The notes beneath the pieces were generated by a model. The model saw nothing but the letters and a program-made list of their open reading frames with translations. It ran no database searches and was not told the DNA's origin. The position numbers were made by a program, and so were the translations under genes. A stretch of DNA of 63,965 nucleotides, filler included, from Collodictyon triciliatum (Eukaryota): assembly GCA_043381765.1 (NCBI GenBank). It is 6 parts of 6 records of this genome, joined end to end, with 100 filler letters (N's around TTAATTAATTAA, not from the genome) between each part and the next. Parts side by side here need not be neighbours in the genome. Positions count along the whole stretch, not along the records: positions 36,739 to 45,245 come from JBHJMP010000083.1; positions 45,346 to 58,334 come from JBHJMP010000084.1; 4 more parts are not named here. One strand, given 5' to 3'. Shown here piece after piece: positions 37,222-50,712 of the stretch (its first letter is position 1; each line of letters begins with the position of its first letter).

Positions 37222-40200
37222 CTATGTCGAGTATGTCGTCAAGATTCTCGCCCAAGAAGCCGGAGGCAGGCGGTAAGTGAGGCGGAAGCGATGAGGTACA
37301 TCGGCGGGTGAGGCTGAATGGGTTTGCAAGAATCTGACGAGAAACGAGGCGTTCAGGTCTTTCTCCACAATAGCCATGTTTTCAGTATTTCCAGACGTCA
37401 TGGAAATGAGTGTGGGAAATAGAATCTCTTGGAATCCGTGGAAAAGAGAAAAGCAATCAATCCGCTAACTCAATAACAGGGGAGAAAAGGCAATTGGTAA
37501 AAGATTTAAGAAAAAGGTTTCTATTAACAATAATAAGTAAAATGAATGAGAGGATAACTAATACAAAACATTTCGATAAAATAATATTTTTTTATATTGT
37601 AAATGATGATGTCGATAAGTGTATTTGTGATTAATTATCATGATTATGATATGATTATTGTATTGGTTTGATATGCGTCCTATACTTTGGGTCGATAAAG
37701 TACTCGAAGGGAAGCGTGCAAAGACGCTGGAGAATTGTTGGACTCTTCCCCCACTGGACGACCTGCTGATTGCTTGGATTTTCGAATGTAAAATGTCCAA
37801 CCAACAGGATCTGCGATTGTAAATAAAGTGTGCAAAATATCATCAAAATAATCAAGTAATCGATATGAATAATGAATAAAATAAAATTAACAGTCAGAAG
37901 GAACAGACCAGTTCGTGTAGGAGTTCACGTGCCGGATTGTTTTCAATTTTTTCTGTCGCATACTGAAGAAGTAAGCTACGATTGGATTTTTTTTATTTTT
38001 GCAGACTAAATGTTAATGTTTTACACCCATATCAATTTTAGAGTAGGCATGATGTAAAACACGCTTCATTAGTGTGTCATACTACTACGCACTTGATGAT
38101 ATGGAATACTTCCATCCTTAAGGTGGTGGAGCCTAGAGTCTCCTACAGACAAATCATTTTTCACAGTAAATTCATTTAAAATTCAAGATTCTGCATCCAC
38201 TTCATGCTTACAATATCAAAAATATCGTGACAGGAATCACATGGAGAAGGGATATTCGAAACCTGGAAAAAAGCGGTGTCAAAAGATGCTATGTTATTCA
38301 GGAATCTCATGATAACAATAACATTGTCAAGAGTTGCAGATGACAAAGTTAGTGTGATGTTTGCATGACGAGGTGGGCGCGATTGAAGGAGATTACGTGT
38401 AAGTAGGGACGTCACACCTGGAGTCACGATGGATTAGTCGAATTAATTAGGGGGGGGGGGGACAACTAGATAAATTAACTGTATATTCAAGAGATAATGT
38501 GCTTTTCTTACCAACTAGATTTGTCTCTCGAAGGCAATCAAGAATAATTTTTGTAGTTTCGTGGAAAACTTTATGCATGTTTCTTGATTTGTCGTTCACA
38601 TTGCAATTGAATAAATCAATGTTTTCGGTCAGAAGGTTGTGTGCGTACATTCCATTGACATAACAGAGCAAGATGTACTTCAAGATAACAACAGCGATTC
38701 ATAAAATAAAAGTCGACATAATAAGGTTGAATTACCCATTAAGAGGTTTGTTGAAGCAGGTCACGGCATCGATTAATAGTAGATAGTACTGTTTTTTTTT
38801 CATGATATCTTAATTCAATCTGAAAGGGGATTCACATCATCTGTGTGTGTAGAAATCTAAACATATTTAAATCAACATAAACAGACCTTGATTGTGGGTT
38901 GGTCCAATCTCACAGGCTTCTGCGACTGAGGGTGGAAAATATCTCGAATGCGATGCACCACACCAGAATGTATAGAAAAGCTGGAAAAGGTATAAGTTAC
39001 TTGAATACACTCAGCTAAATTACTATTGGTCGGCAATCCAGAGTTTATTATATGTGCTCTGAGAAAAACCCAAAATATATTTGATAATAAAACCTCGTCA
39101 ACAAGCATCTCATTTGGATATGTGAATCATCATCCCACAGGGTACAGCAAACAGCTATAATTTTGAAACAATTAGTATAAATATCGAACAATAACGTATA
39201 TTAATGTCCATACTTACATGATATAATATGAATTATATACTGAGTCACAATATCTTCATTATTCCAGTGCTCTTGGGCGTGTTTAATCTTGCACATTTAC
39301 ATATATATATATATATATCAAGATTAAATTATAGTGCAAATGGCCATATTATTTGAATATAGGGAGCATGGGGGAAAAATGCAAAGTCCTGTACTATTTG
39401 AGGCCAGGGGGAAAAAAAAAAAAAGAAGAAAGGATAGAGGCATAGATACAGAATACTGTATCTAAGTTTTTCTATTTAATCATTAGCGTTGTCCACTATT
39501 ACCATTGGTGTAAGGAGATTGGACATCAGTAGAAATGTTCTATTTTCAAGTATTGAGCATGCTGCCAGTATATATTTGACACACAAATGGGATGCTCTGT
39601 AACAATAGACATGTGAGAAGTTGTCAAAGTATTATTTATTACTATGGATCTTCAGTAATTAATACAACATATTTTAACTGCCATTATACAAATAGTGTGT
39701 AAATAAAAAAAAAAAATACTTATGCGTGGTTGAGGCGTCTGTGGCAATTCTAAATAGTAATGAAAATCCGTTTTTGCAGCGCAGGACAGCGGCATCGTTA
39801 TCCTTTATACAAAGGAGACAAAGAAAAAATAATATAAATTTATTAATCCGGATATAAACATAGAGGGACTTAACTATAGAAGAACGCTTCGTGGTACGAT
39901 GTTATGAGAACAACACGAGTAATATATTACTTTATTTTCCAAAAAAAATCCTAGTTCTACGATATTTTTCTCGACTTGCGCAGCAGCTTTTTGCTTCTCA
40001 TAATCAAAAGCCAAATCTTTCAAGATTTTCATTCCCTTGCTTTGGACCAGTTCGTCTTGGGGCATAATTTTCTTTATGTATTTTTTCGAAATCTCATCCA
40101 TTCTCTGTGAGGTATGCAATATGAATATAATTGTTTCTCTGGCAAGGTATTGATATATTTCGAGCCAAAATTTAAAATATACCTTTGAAATCTGGAGAGT

Positions 40201-43200
40201 TAAGCTGGATGAGACGACCTTGGACGGTTCGAAAACAGGAATATCTACATGATGGATTGTTTCTGGAATTTAATGAATAAAGTCTCTGATAAGTAAGGCT
40301 CTATAAATAAACTATGTTATGTAGCAAGTTGGTGAGTGAGAACTACGGTCTATAAACCTTTCAAGACGGTAAGAGGGACAACCAAATCTTCTTGATTGAG
40401 CCCCTGTGTGTTATTGGTGGAAAAAATATCGGATTATTCGCATCGATTTTATTTTACATAGAAATATTTTAAACTCATCCATCTTAATAAGTAAAACCTC
40501 TATCCCCTCTGTGGCTAATATATGCTTTTTCTCTAATGTGTGCAACTTCCAATCAGCTACAGATTTTATCTAGGATATGTTTGGATTAATATTCTATAAT
40601 TAAATCATTTTCAAAATTTACGAAACACTATGCATTCCGTAAGTATAAATGCATGTTTCAGATGAGATTAACATCTGTTTATCTATTATAATTGCTATTA
40701 TTGAACCTGGGAATCGCATAACTTGCAAACTGAAAGACCATTTTGTTCTATTTTTAAAGCAAGGCTCTTTTCATCTAAAACCTTTTCGTATGATTGATTG
40801 TAGTTGAATCATATTATATACAATTTAAACTTTCCTTTCTGTTTATGGTAAATAAAAAAAATTAACATGCAAGAGCCTGAATAAAATTTTGTTAGATATT
40901 TGGATACTATGATGTAAATACTTCAAAAATCGAGAAATATGAGTGATACTTTGACTTCTGGTAAGGCTGGAAGACTATCTGTTGGAGCTAGTTCCTTTGT
41001 TTCCGATAGACTTTCGGGTGTAGATAAGGTTGATTCAGCTTTCTTTTGTTTCTTTTCATCCTTGCCCCGACCAACTTTCTTTAAATTTCTCGATTTCTTC
41101 CTCTAATCAAAAAGTTTGTGATTAGGTATATTTTCAAGTGAATTTACTTATTATGGTTACAAAGTAATTGAAATGGCATAATACAAACCTGGGAAATCTC
41201 AGGCTTAACTTTACCAACAACCTTCGGAATCTGTTTCTTCATAGCCTGAAATGTTTTAGAATCATTTGATGCGATGATTTCAACTTCAAGTATTATTACG
41301 ATAACCGAATCTATATTGTGGGCACCATAATTTTGAAGATAGATTCGGACTTTGAACCCTTCAAAAGGAATAGGGATATATACATAGTTTGTGCGTTTAA
41401 TAGTTTTCTACAATTTACATTCTCTTCTTCCTCATGTGCCTTTAACTCCTCTAGTATTTTTCTTCGCTCTTGGAATAATATCTCATCCTATAAGAAAAAA
41501 ATTTCATTAATATGGTAATTAAATTTGTATTTGAATTATCGATACAATACAATACAATACAATACAATACAATACAATACAATACAATACAATACAATAC
41601 AATACAATACAATACAATACAATACAATACAATACAATACACTACAATACACTACAATACAATACAATACAATACAATACAATACAATACAATACAATAC
41701 AATACAATACAATACAATACAATACAATACAATACAATACAANNNNNNNNNNNNNNNNNNNNNNNNNNNNNNNNNNNNNNNNNNNNNNNNNNNNNNNNNN
41801 NNNNNNNNNNNNNNNNNNNNNNNNNNNNNNNNNNNNNNNNNNCAATACAATACAATACAATACAATACAATACAATACAATACAATACAATACAATACAA
41901 TACAATACAATACAATACAATACAATACAATACAATACAATACAGCGTGACGGAAATGACAGATACGAAGAGAAACAGAAAAAAAAAGCATGAGTCGAAT
42001 AAGCTAATTAAACCATCTCAAAACATATGAATCACAAGCGCGTTATAATTGTCTGAACCTGTTTTTGCCTTTGTTTCCATTCCTCCAGATGTTGGAGCCT
42101 TCTCCTCTCCGATTCTTCCAGCCTTGTCATTAGAGCCAATCGCTTGTTTTCTTGACTGAAAGGAAATGTATTTCTCATTTTAATAATTAATCTTTACAGA
42201 ACAGTTTAAGTAGCTATTGTAAAGGTTTTTTTCCTTTATTCGATTCAAACTAGCTATAGGAAATATAAAAAGCGATGTAATACATACCTCAAAGTTGTGA
42301 TGAAAGCAATTTCGTCTACTTTATTGTTTTCATTCTCCGCTTTTCGTATAATTGTTTGAAGGTATCTTTCGTGAAGCTAGATGGATACATTTAACATACA
42401 TAATAAAAATTTCATATTGGGAATAGTTAATTTACCTCGGGTGAATGTTCATATAAAGCATTTTAACCTGCTCCGCTTTATCGAGTTTTTCATCGATGTC
42501 GAGCCTCTTTTTTACTCTCTTCTCATGGACTCTTTCGCTAGCTCTTTGTTGCTGAATGTGTTGTTGTTTTTTTATGTTGACAAACAAAAGTATTTCTTTT
42601 GTTCACAATGATATCAAATATTTCAGGCTATTTTAAGAGGACCTTATGGACAGTCTCTCTGTATTTGTCTTCTCTCATGCTCTCGATTTGCTCTCTTATT
42701 TGTCGCGCTTTTAACTATTTTATATGATCAATGATTATTGTATGATTTTTTTTACATATTTATCCATTAATTTTAAAGTGGCTATTTTTGTGTCTTAAGT
42801 TAACCTGCTTTTCCTCTTGAATTCTTTGAATCTCTTGCGGTGTTTTCTTTTTCCGATCAGGAGACATCAGTTTGTCGTGTAAAGATAGTCTTGATGGAGG
42901 AGGGCTCTGGCTCCTCCTAGATATTTCAAAAATACCATTAGGTATTATCTCATACAAATCCTTTCGATATACCAAGGGATATTGTATGATATAATGATTG
43001 ATATCAATACGGCCATAGATTATTTTGAAAATCATCACAAAAAGGTATCTCACTGATGCTCCTATTATTTGATAGAGTGGCTGCGTTATGATAGTTTACA
43101 CTGATTTGGTGATTGCTTTTTTTTTTATCATTATCAAAATATATACAGTAGTTTAAGGGTGGTGTAACTAGCAAAATACCGTATCTGAGTAGCGGTCGTC

Positions 43201-44446
43201 CTGAGGTTTTGGGCTCACTGCAGATGCACTTGGATGCTAGTATAAACATAAATGTGGCGTTAAATTATTGATAAAAATATCATAGTGCAAATGTTTGAAA
43301 AATGGTATTGTATCGAAAGAATAAGGTGAAAGCTGTATCCTCCATGACGATACGTACTGAACTTTGTCCAATATCTAAACATATCCAAAACTCTTTAATA
43401 TAACCTTCATAGCTAAACGTATAACCTGTGGTTGAAATTCTAACTGATTCAATTACGTGCAATGTATGGTTAATATGTGAATAAAAGTCATTAAGAGAAT
43501 TAAATTATTTGTAAAAGAAATCCCTTTCTTTTTTATATATAGAAATGCAATATATGTAGAAAGAAATACCTTTCCATCGTGGAGATGTCAATGATTTTCT
43601 CACTTCCCATGCGATCGGTTTAGCTTCTTTAGAGTACTGCTGTTGAAGTTCTAGCCTCTCTAACATCTGCATGGGACATTGTATAGATGCTAATGTAAGC
43701 CACTGAGTTTTCTCCATCTTCATAGTTCTTAACAGAACAAAGAGAGGTACATTTATTCGTTACCAGCTGAAAATCTTGAGTGTAAAGACTGAACATTTGT
43801 ATGCATTCTCTGCATTTCTCGACATTTCCGTCATATTCAATCATGAAATACAGCTCGTCTGCCAAGCTTTCATGCGTACCAAAATATTACATTATCAATG
43901 AAGGAATAAAAAAAAATAATTGGACATCGTCAACAGTATTATTTATATCAAAATCATCGAATAATTTTTGTATTATGAATCGGTGAATATGAGAAAAATG
44001 GAAAAATCAAAAGAAAAAAAGCACCGATGGAATCCGTCTAAAAGGAAATTCCAATGGCACTGCTGACGAGCTATGTCTTCCGGTGAATGAAGAGAAGAAA
44101 ACGAAGAATTGTCCATTGAATAGCCTTGAAACACAAAAGACATTTAAATGGGACCCTGGGATCAAAATGGAATGCAAATTATCGTATCGCGATCATCACC
44201 TGAAGAATTAACCGAGTCAAAGCCCTGTTTTGAATCAAAAGATTGGTTTTGAGAAGCGGTCTTTGAAGTCTTTTCCACCTATTTACTTATGTATTTAGTT
44301 TGAAAACAATTCAACTGATAGAGACGCAACTGCATTTTAATAAAAAAAAAAAATGAAAAATCATAAGTGATGGTAATTAAGTCCTTTGTATGAAAATATG
44401 TAGAGGGATACTCTATAAAGTGAATAGTTCTACCACAATAGAATGA

Positions 44447-44526
<80 letters not shown>

Positions 44527-45087
44527 AGTATATTAGTGCTGATTACCAATAAAGGAGTTAGATTATGCGATCTTCCTTGCCCGCTTGCATCTAACCCTGG
44601 TGGGGGTTTACGAAGTCGAGCGGCGTAAGAGTCTTTTACATGCTGAGTGTCTGATAGTATGTGATTGGATCTTGAAACAGGACTGTGCTCATTTCCGTGA
44701 GTTGTGTTAGTGGCTGGCGTGTCCCTCTCGGAAGACGTGAAGGATAGGCGATTCTCGTGAAGGGCTCCTGAACTTGAGTCTTGTGGTTCGTTCAGAATCT
44801 CGGTTTTAACCGGGACACGCCTGAAAGAAATATATATCACCTGGGCTTGAGAAGAAGCAAGGCCAGAAACAACAAAGGGGAAGAGAATAAAGATGCAAAG
44901 TGGATAAGAAGTGAACTAAAAATTGGGAGAGACTTGACTCCGCAGAAAGAGCAAATGCGCGGTGATCAGATGAAGTCAGAGTAGAGTTCAAGGATGAGGG
45001 TGGATTTTGGGCCACTCACCATTTCACGAGGTTCTGGGCTTCGCGACGTGAAAGCATGTGATGCGGAGTGGTTGGCGGACTCGACAT
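37222..45087 (-). CDS. SCAPER: S phase cyclin A-associated protein in the ER homologue, many exons
   Basis: REAQNLVKW|RVP (cf. RTARNLIAWSVP), HWNFLLDGFHR|LADELYFMIEYDGNVEKCRECIQMFSLYTQDF (SCAPER_N), PIAWEVRK and LHDKLMSPDRKK. Terminal exon ends YRLPPASWARILTTYST-TAG. Confidence 0.85.
41541..41944. repeat. (AATAC)n intronic microsatellite spanning a gap
   Basis: Direct reading. Confidence 0.95.
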
Positions 45088-45245
45088 ACGGGTTACTGAG
45101 GTTGTTTTTTGTTTTAGATTTTTGTCTCACGTTTTGCTGTAGACTCGTTTTTTTATGTTTTTTTATGTTTTTTTATGTTTTTTTATGTTTTTTTATGTTT
45201 TTTTATGTTTTTTTATGTTTTTTTATGTTTTTTTATGTTTTTTAT

Positions 45246-45345
45246 NNNNNNNNNNNNNNNNNNNNNNNNNNNNNNNNNNNNNNNNNNNNTTAATTAATTA
45301 ANNNNNNNNNNNNNNNNNNNNNNNNNNNNNNNNNNNNNNNNNNNN
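45246..45345. other. Artificial scaffold linker
   Basis: 44 N + TTAATTAATTAA + 44 N. Confidence 0.97.
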
Positions 45346-46440
45346 ACATACATACATACATACATACATACATACATACATACATACATACATACATACA
45401 TACATACATACATACATACATACATACATACACATACACATACACAATTATACTATGCCCCTCGAAACTGTAAAGAGACAGCTACATGAACGCCAATAAC
45501 CAACGATATGATTTGTGAGTTGTCTCTGTCGCGAGACTAATATAGTGTGATGGCCTTTGACAATACAGTGCTGATAGATCAGGGGAATACAATATTGTGA
45601 AGTTATCAGGTCAGTCAAGGAAGGAAACAAATAAAAGTAAAAGGTAGGTCAATTCGCAAACAGGAGACTACGCTACCTAATCTTCTTTACATCTGACGAA
45701 GGCACATATAATCAAATTACACTCTCCTATTCCCGTCCGGCACAAGCTGAATTGTATCCCTCAGCATTGTGTGTCATAATCCTCCCTGCACCCCTCAGGC
45801 AAACAAGCAGACGCCCACCCACCTGGGGATCATACACGCGCACAAGCAAAGCAGCCGCGACACAAACGACTTTTTTTCTTGTTTCGAGATCGACTGCTGT
45901 GTCACGGCTCTGCGCTTCTGCTGGCATCCAAAAGCATAAGGCACCCACTCACTAGCAAAGATTCAAAGAAAAACCACAAACCAGCTCGCTATCACTGATT
46001 TCTTTCCAGTGCTACCCTCTCCACGGAAGTGTCTTCCCCTACTCACGTTTGCTCTCTCCCATGCGCTCCCATCCCACCCCTTTGTATGGCATAACCTCGC
46101 TACACTTTGAATCGAATAAAGGAAAAAAAAAAAAGAAAAACCACAAAGGCCACAGTAGATTCAGTTCATTTGTTCTTAACTGGAATAATTCAAATCTGGA
46201 AATTAGTCTGCAGTAGTTAAGGGATGTGCAACACCCACTCTCCGAATACTATCGTGTCGGACAATATCTAAACTCCACCGAAGCTCAAAGATCGTGGTGG
46301 TGGCTGTTTTAACTCACAACTGGAACCCGTGTTCCCGTCCTCCAGAAAAGCTAGAGAATAGCCCGCCCAAGAGAGGAAAAAAACTGAACCTGATTGCTCT
46401 TGCGTTGTTTATTTAGCCACGAGCCAACTGGAATAGTCCG

Positions 46441-48151
46441 ATGGAGGATAACTCATGGTTGGAGCATGGACGAAAAACTCTTTTGTTACTCGCCGAAAGT
46501 ACGAGACGATTCGAAGAAGCTATGGATCGAGTCAGTTCTTGTCATAGCAATATAAATACAAGAAAACGATACATCTTTTATCCTTTAATTTTTCGTTATT
46601 TTTTTTGTCTTTGGGTTTTAACGTCATTAATATCATTCTTTTTTTAATCAATGTTCACTTTTTTTATTTTGTTTTATTTCATTCATGTCAACATTAGCTG
46701 TGGCGTTATTGATATCCTCTTATATTCATTCTGGAATCATTTTATTACATATTCATAGACAATTTTAACTCTCCTGTCTCATTTTATATGAAGGTATCTC
46801 ACCCGTTTGAGGACGCAGATGAGTCGGTCATCAACCAGCTAAAGGCGTTTTCCGATATCATCGACTCAAATCGGGACTCAGCTCTTGAGCAGGTTTGTTA
46901 GAGACAGCCCCACATTCATAATTTCATGCCATCATCGCATAAAACGCCCCTTGTATCGAAAAACCTTTGTTACTGATAAGATTCTAGTGTAAGAGCACCA
47001 GGTCTGGCCAGGTGAAGCGTCTTTCGACCCAAGAAACATCAGCGTCTGTATACATGCGCCACGTAAAAATCATCTCTCGTGGAGCGCAGAGTCTTTCTTC
47101 AGTTTCAGCTCTCCCTGCGCCACATTTGTCTAGCGTGGCTCGCTCGTTGGTGTCCAGTCTATCGACTCTATATCCAGATAAGGACTACACGAGCCATTTT
47201 TTCTTCAACATACCTTCGAACTTCTCCCTTGGCAAGAACTCAGATTTTGAAGGCTTTACTTTTGTTTCATCTGGGTTCTATCCTATTAGCCGCCATATTC
47301 AGAGTATAGAGAAACCTTGTGATACCACAGGCTCATCCGGAAACGGGCCTCTCCAGTTCAACTTCCTCTGGGGCATAGCTGTGGATCCGATTTTAGGCCA
47401 CGTATATATCATGGACAATGCAAACAACCGAATCCAAGTCGTTGATTCATCGCACAAGTTAATCAAAATCATAGATGCATCGGACTCTCAGGGTGGGAAA
47501 TTTAATTGTCCAGTCGGGGTGTCATTTTCACCTGACGGACAAACGTTTGCAGTCTCTGAGTACAGCGCAAGTCGTATAAGGATATTTGACCGAGACGGGA
47601 AATACCTGGGGGCTGGACATCCCGCTACGCCCACCTCCGGCGAAGAAAGTGCACATACTGCAGAGGAGAAGACATCGGCTTCGCTCAACAACCCATGGTA
47701 TCTCACCCACGACCACAGTGGGAACATATACGTCAGCGACCAATGTAACTTCCGTGTCGCAAAATTCACAAAGACAGGAGAATTCGTGTGCGAAATCGGC
47801 CAAAAGGCGTCGTCAGCACCCATCGGGCGAGCTATGGGAATCGCCGTAAACGACTACAACGAGCTCCTCGTCATCGCAGAATCTGGTAAGACCGTCCGGG
47901 TCTACTCCAAAGACGGGATTCATCTTCGCGACCATGTTGTGACCAAAACCCATGACAGGAACTTCTTAGCTCGAGCCCCGAACGGAGGCTTTTGTCTCTC
48001 CAGCCAGGAGGACAGCTTCATCGAGTTTTACAACCACCAGGGCGAGAAAATACACAGGTTGCAGACAGATACACCGAACGGGGTGGTGTTTGATGCGTCC
48101 GGCCGAATGTTTGTCTCCAACTGGAGTCGCAACCACTTTACGCGGTGGTAG
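46441..48151 (+). CDS. NHL-repeat beta-propeller protein, 3 exons
   Basis: NHL repeats FNFLWGIAVD..HVYIMDNANNRIQV, FNCPVGVSFSPDG..AVSEYSASRIRIF, LNNPWYLTHDHSGNIYVSDQCNFRVAKF and PNGVVFDASGRMFVSNW. Short helical N-terminal exons; no RING or B-box seen. Confidence 0.85.
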
Positions 48152-48344
48152 TCAGTCGCGGCTGCTTTCCCTCGTCGCTGGTTCTTTCTGCCTCCAAACT
48201 TCTCCAACCCAACAATCCCTGCTGGCAGTGAAAGAAATAAAGCCGACACAACACACTTATCTCCCTTTGTCCCACACAACCCACTTATATATTTATTTTG
48301 ATCATGGTTTACTTTTTCTCTCGCTAATTCATATTCTAAAGTTG

Positions 48345-48381
<37 letters not shown>

Positions 48382-48535
48382 CTGTCTTGTCCCTGTCTCT
48401 TTCGGTGTCGGGAAAAACTTTGCGCTAAGAGTTTGTTGGTGGTGGGCAGCGAGCAAAAGGGAAAAGCCCCTCACATGACTGCTAAAGCATCCTTCTTTGA
48501 ACTAAGCAACTTTTGATCGAAGGTTCTTCGAGAAC

Positions 48536-50181
48536 ATGGGCGACCCAAGCAGCCAAAGGAGTGCTTCAAACCTCTCGTTCCGAGCTTCGTTGTCCCTGAC
48601 TTCGGACAGAGTGAACAAGGTTTTTAAGGTAACTCGCAAGAAGTCTGGGAAGAAGGCATCTGAAAAAAAAAAGACTAGAAATGGAAAAGAAATATATATG
48701 TTCATACAAAGCGCTGCCTTCGCAAGTAAGATCCATCACTATCGCGAGCATGTCTCATCAATTAAGCTACTGATTTTGGACCTTTTACCCAATGCAAAGT
48801 TGAGCTCTTTCCCCCTTTACATTCATAGCCGTTACTTTAAAAAAATAATATGACAATAAGCACTTTCAGTGATACCTCGCATCATTGATATGTTTATGTC
48901 GCATACTATCTAATGCCCAACAAATGATCTAGGAAACATATAAATGGATTTTCCACAATCCTGTGGTACGTTGCATCCCCCTTTGATTCTAATTGCCTTG
49001 ATTATTGGTAGGTTTTGGTGTTGGGAGATGCTGGCTCAGGAAAAACTTCGTTGATTAAACAATACGCACATGGTATATTTGACCAAAAGTCTACTGCCCC
49101 AACAGTTGGTTAGTTCATGATTTAGAAGTGCATGCATAATTTTATCATATGGTTTTAAAGAATGGCATATCGGGAACGTATCGCCCCTTTTGAATACACA
49201 TTTGTTTTTATTACTGTAAACACTTGAGTATAATGTAGGGGTAGATTTTGTTGCCAAACAAATAAAATGGGATGAGCATTTGCGAGTGAATCTTCAAGTC
49301 AGTCTCTATCTCTGAATATTCGTTAAAAACTATCATAATGATGGAATGAACGTGTAAGAGATTTATATATATCATGATTATTTATTTTTTATTTTTGCTA
49401 GATTTGGGATATCCCTGGGTCTCAAAGAGGCTCCGCTATAACGTCGACTTTTTACAACTTTGCTATGGGCGCAATTTTGGGTAATGGAAACGTCTATTTT
49501 CTGTTCTTTTTGTGTGTATTTTTGTGGGCGTATATTTTGAACCTTGTTGTTGTAGTTTTCGACGCTACTTTGGAGGATGGGTTCAAAACAATCACATCGG
49601 TTTGTTTCAGTAGGCATTTGGGATTGGGATTTTAATGCAAATAAATCTAAGACACTATCAATATTTTTTAGTGGAGAGATGACGTGAATTCAAGGATATG
49701 TCTTCCTAATGGAGAGTTCATCCCATTTTTTCTGGTCGCAAATAAGGTATCCTTCAGTTTATGTCATGTGCATTAGAAATATAAAGGAAATACAGAATGC
49801 CTCAATCATTGCCATTTCTGGTACACTTGATAACTTTACAAGCCATAAAGTTTTTATTTTCTAAATACTAACACGCGACCTCAGAGCGACCTAGAGGAGG
49901 CTCAGATTGACCGAGTGTATTTAGACCAGCTCGTTAAAGAAGAACATATCATCGGCTGGTTAGAAACATCTGCCAAGACTGGACACAATATTGGTAAGAA
50001 TAGAAGTAGTAAATATCATCCCACCATGAATGTATCTCACTACATACTTTACGCAGACGAGGCAGTACGAAAATTGGTTGAAAAAATATTGGAAGTGGAA
50101 CAAGCATGTGCCGAGGCTTTACAAAACACTGTTCCACTACAACCCGAGAATTCTCCAAGAACAAGTCGCTCGTGTTGCTGA
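48536..50181 (+). CDS. Rab32/38/29-family small GTPase, divergent switch II, CC prenylation tail
   Basis: VFK|VLVLGDAGSGKTSLIKQYAHGIF..APTVGVDFVAKQIKWD..LQ|IWDIPGSQR..WRDDVNSRICLPNG..LVANK|SD..GWLETSAK..SRSCC-TGA. Confidence 0.88.
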
Positions 50182-50712
50182 TATGAAAAGGGCACAAGAA
50201 AACAGAAAAGGAGAACTCGCATGTTGAATTTTCCTTTGTCTCTTATTTTTTTATTTTTATTCAATAAATGGATGCTGAAGAGATTATTGGGTAACACACT
50301 AACGATAATACTTGAATCGTACATCTATCACACCATTCATACTACCCCTCTCTTTTCTTTTTTCTCCGTCGGGTGTAGGGTATTACAAGAAACCCACTGA
50401 ATATTAATCCTGTTTATTCTATTTTTTTTTCCCCTTCATTAATGTCGAAGAGAGTTCATTCCAACAACATAACGAAACAACGAACAAAAAGTAAACAGAA
50501 GTTGGCGTTTTAAGTTTTGCAAAAGAATAATACAAACTCGACCTTTCAACGCCAGAATATCTCATCAAATCCCAAAGAAAAAAATAGTCACGGGCAGAAT
50601 GGGGATACAGACGAGACTAACTTCCAATTCAAACAATCCCGCCTTTCGGGAAAATCCTCACCAACAAGCTCGTCTTGTCTAGGGCGACATGCTGAATAAC
50701 CCAGAGATGATG

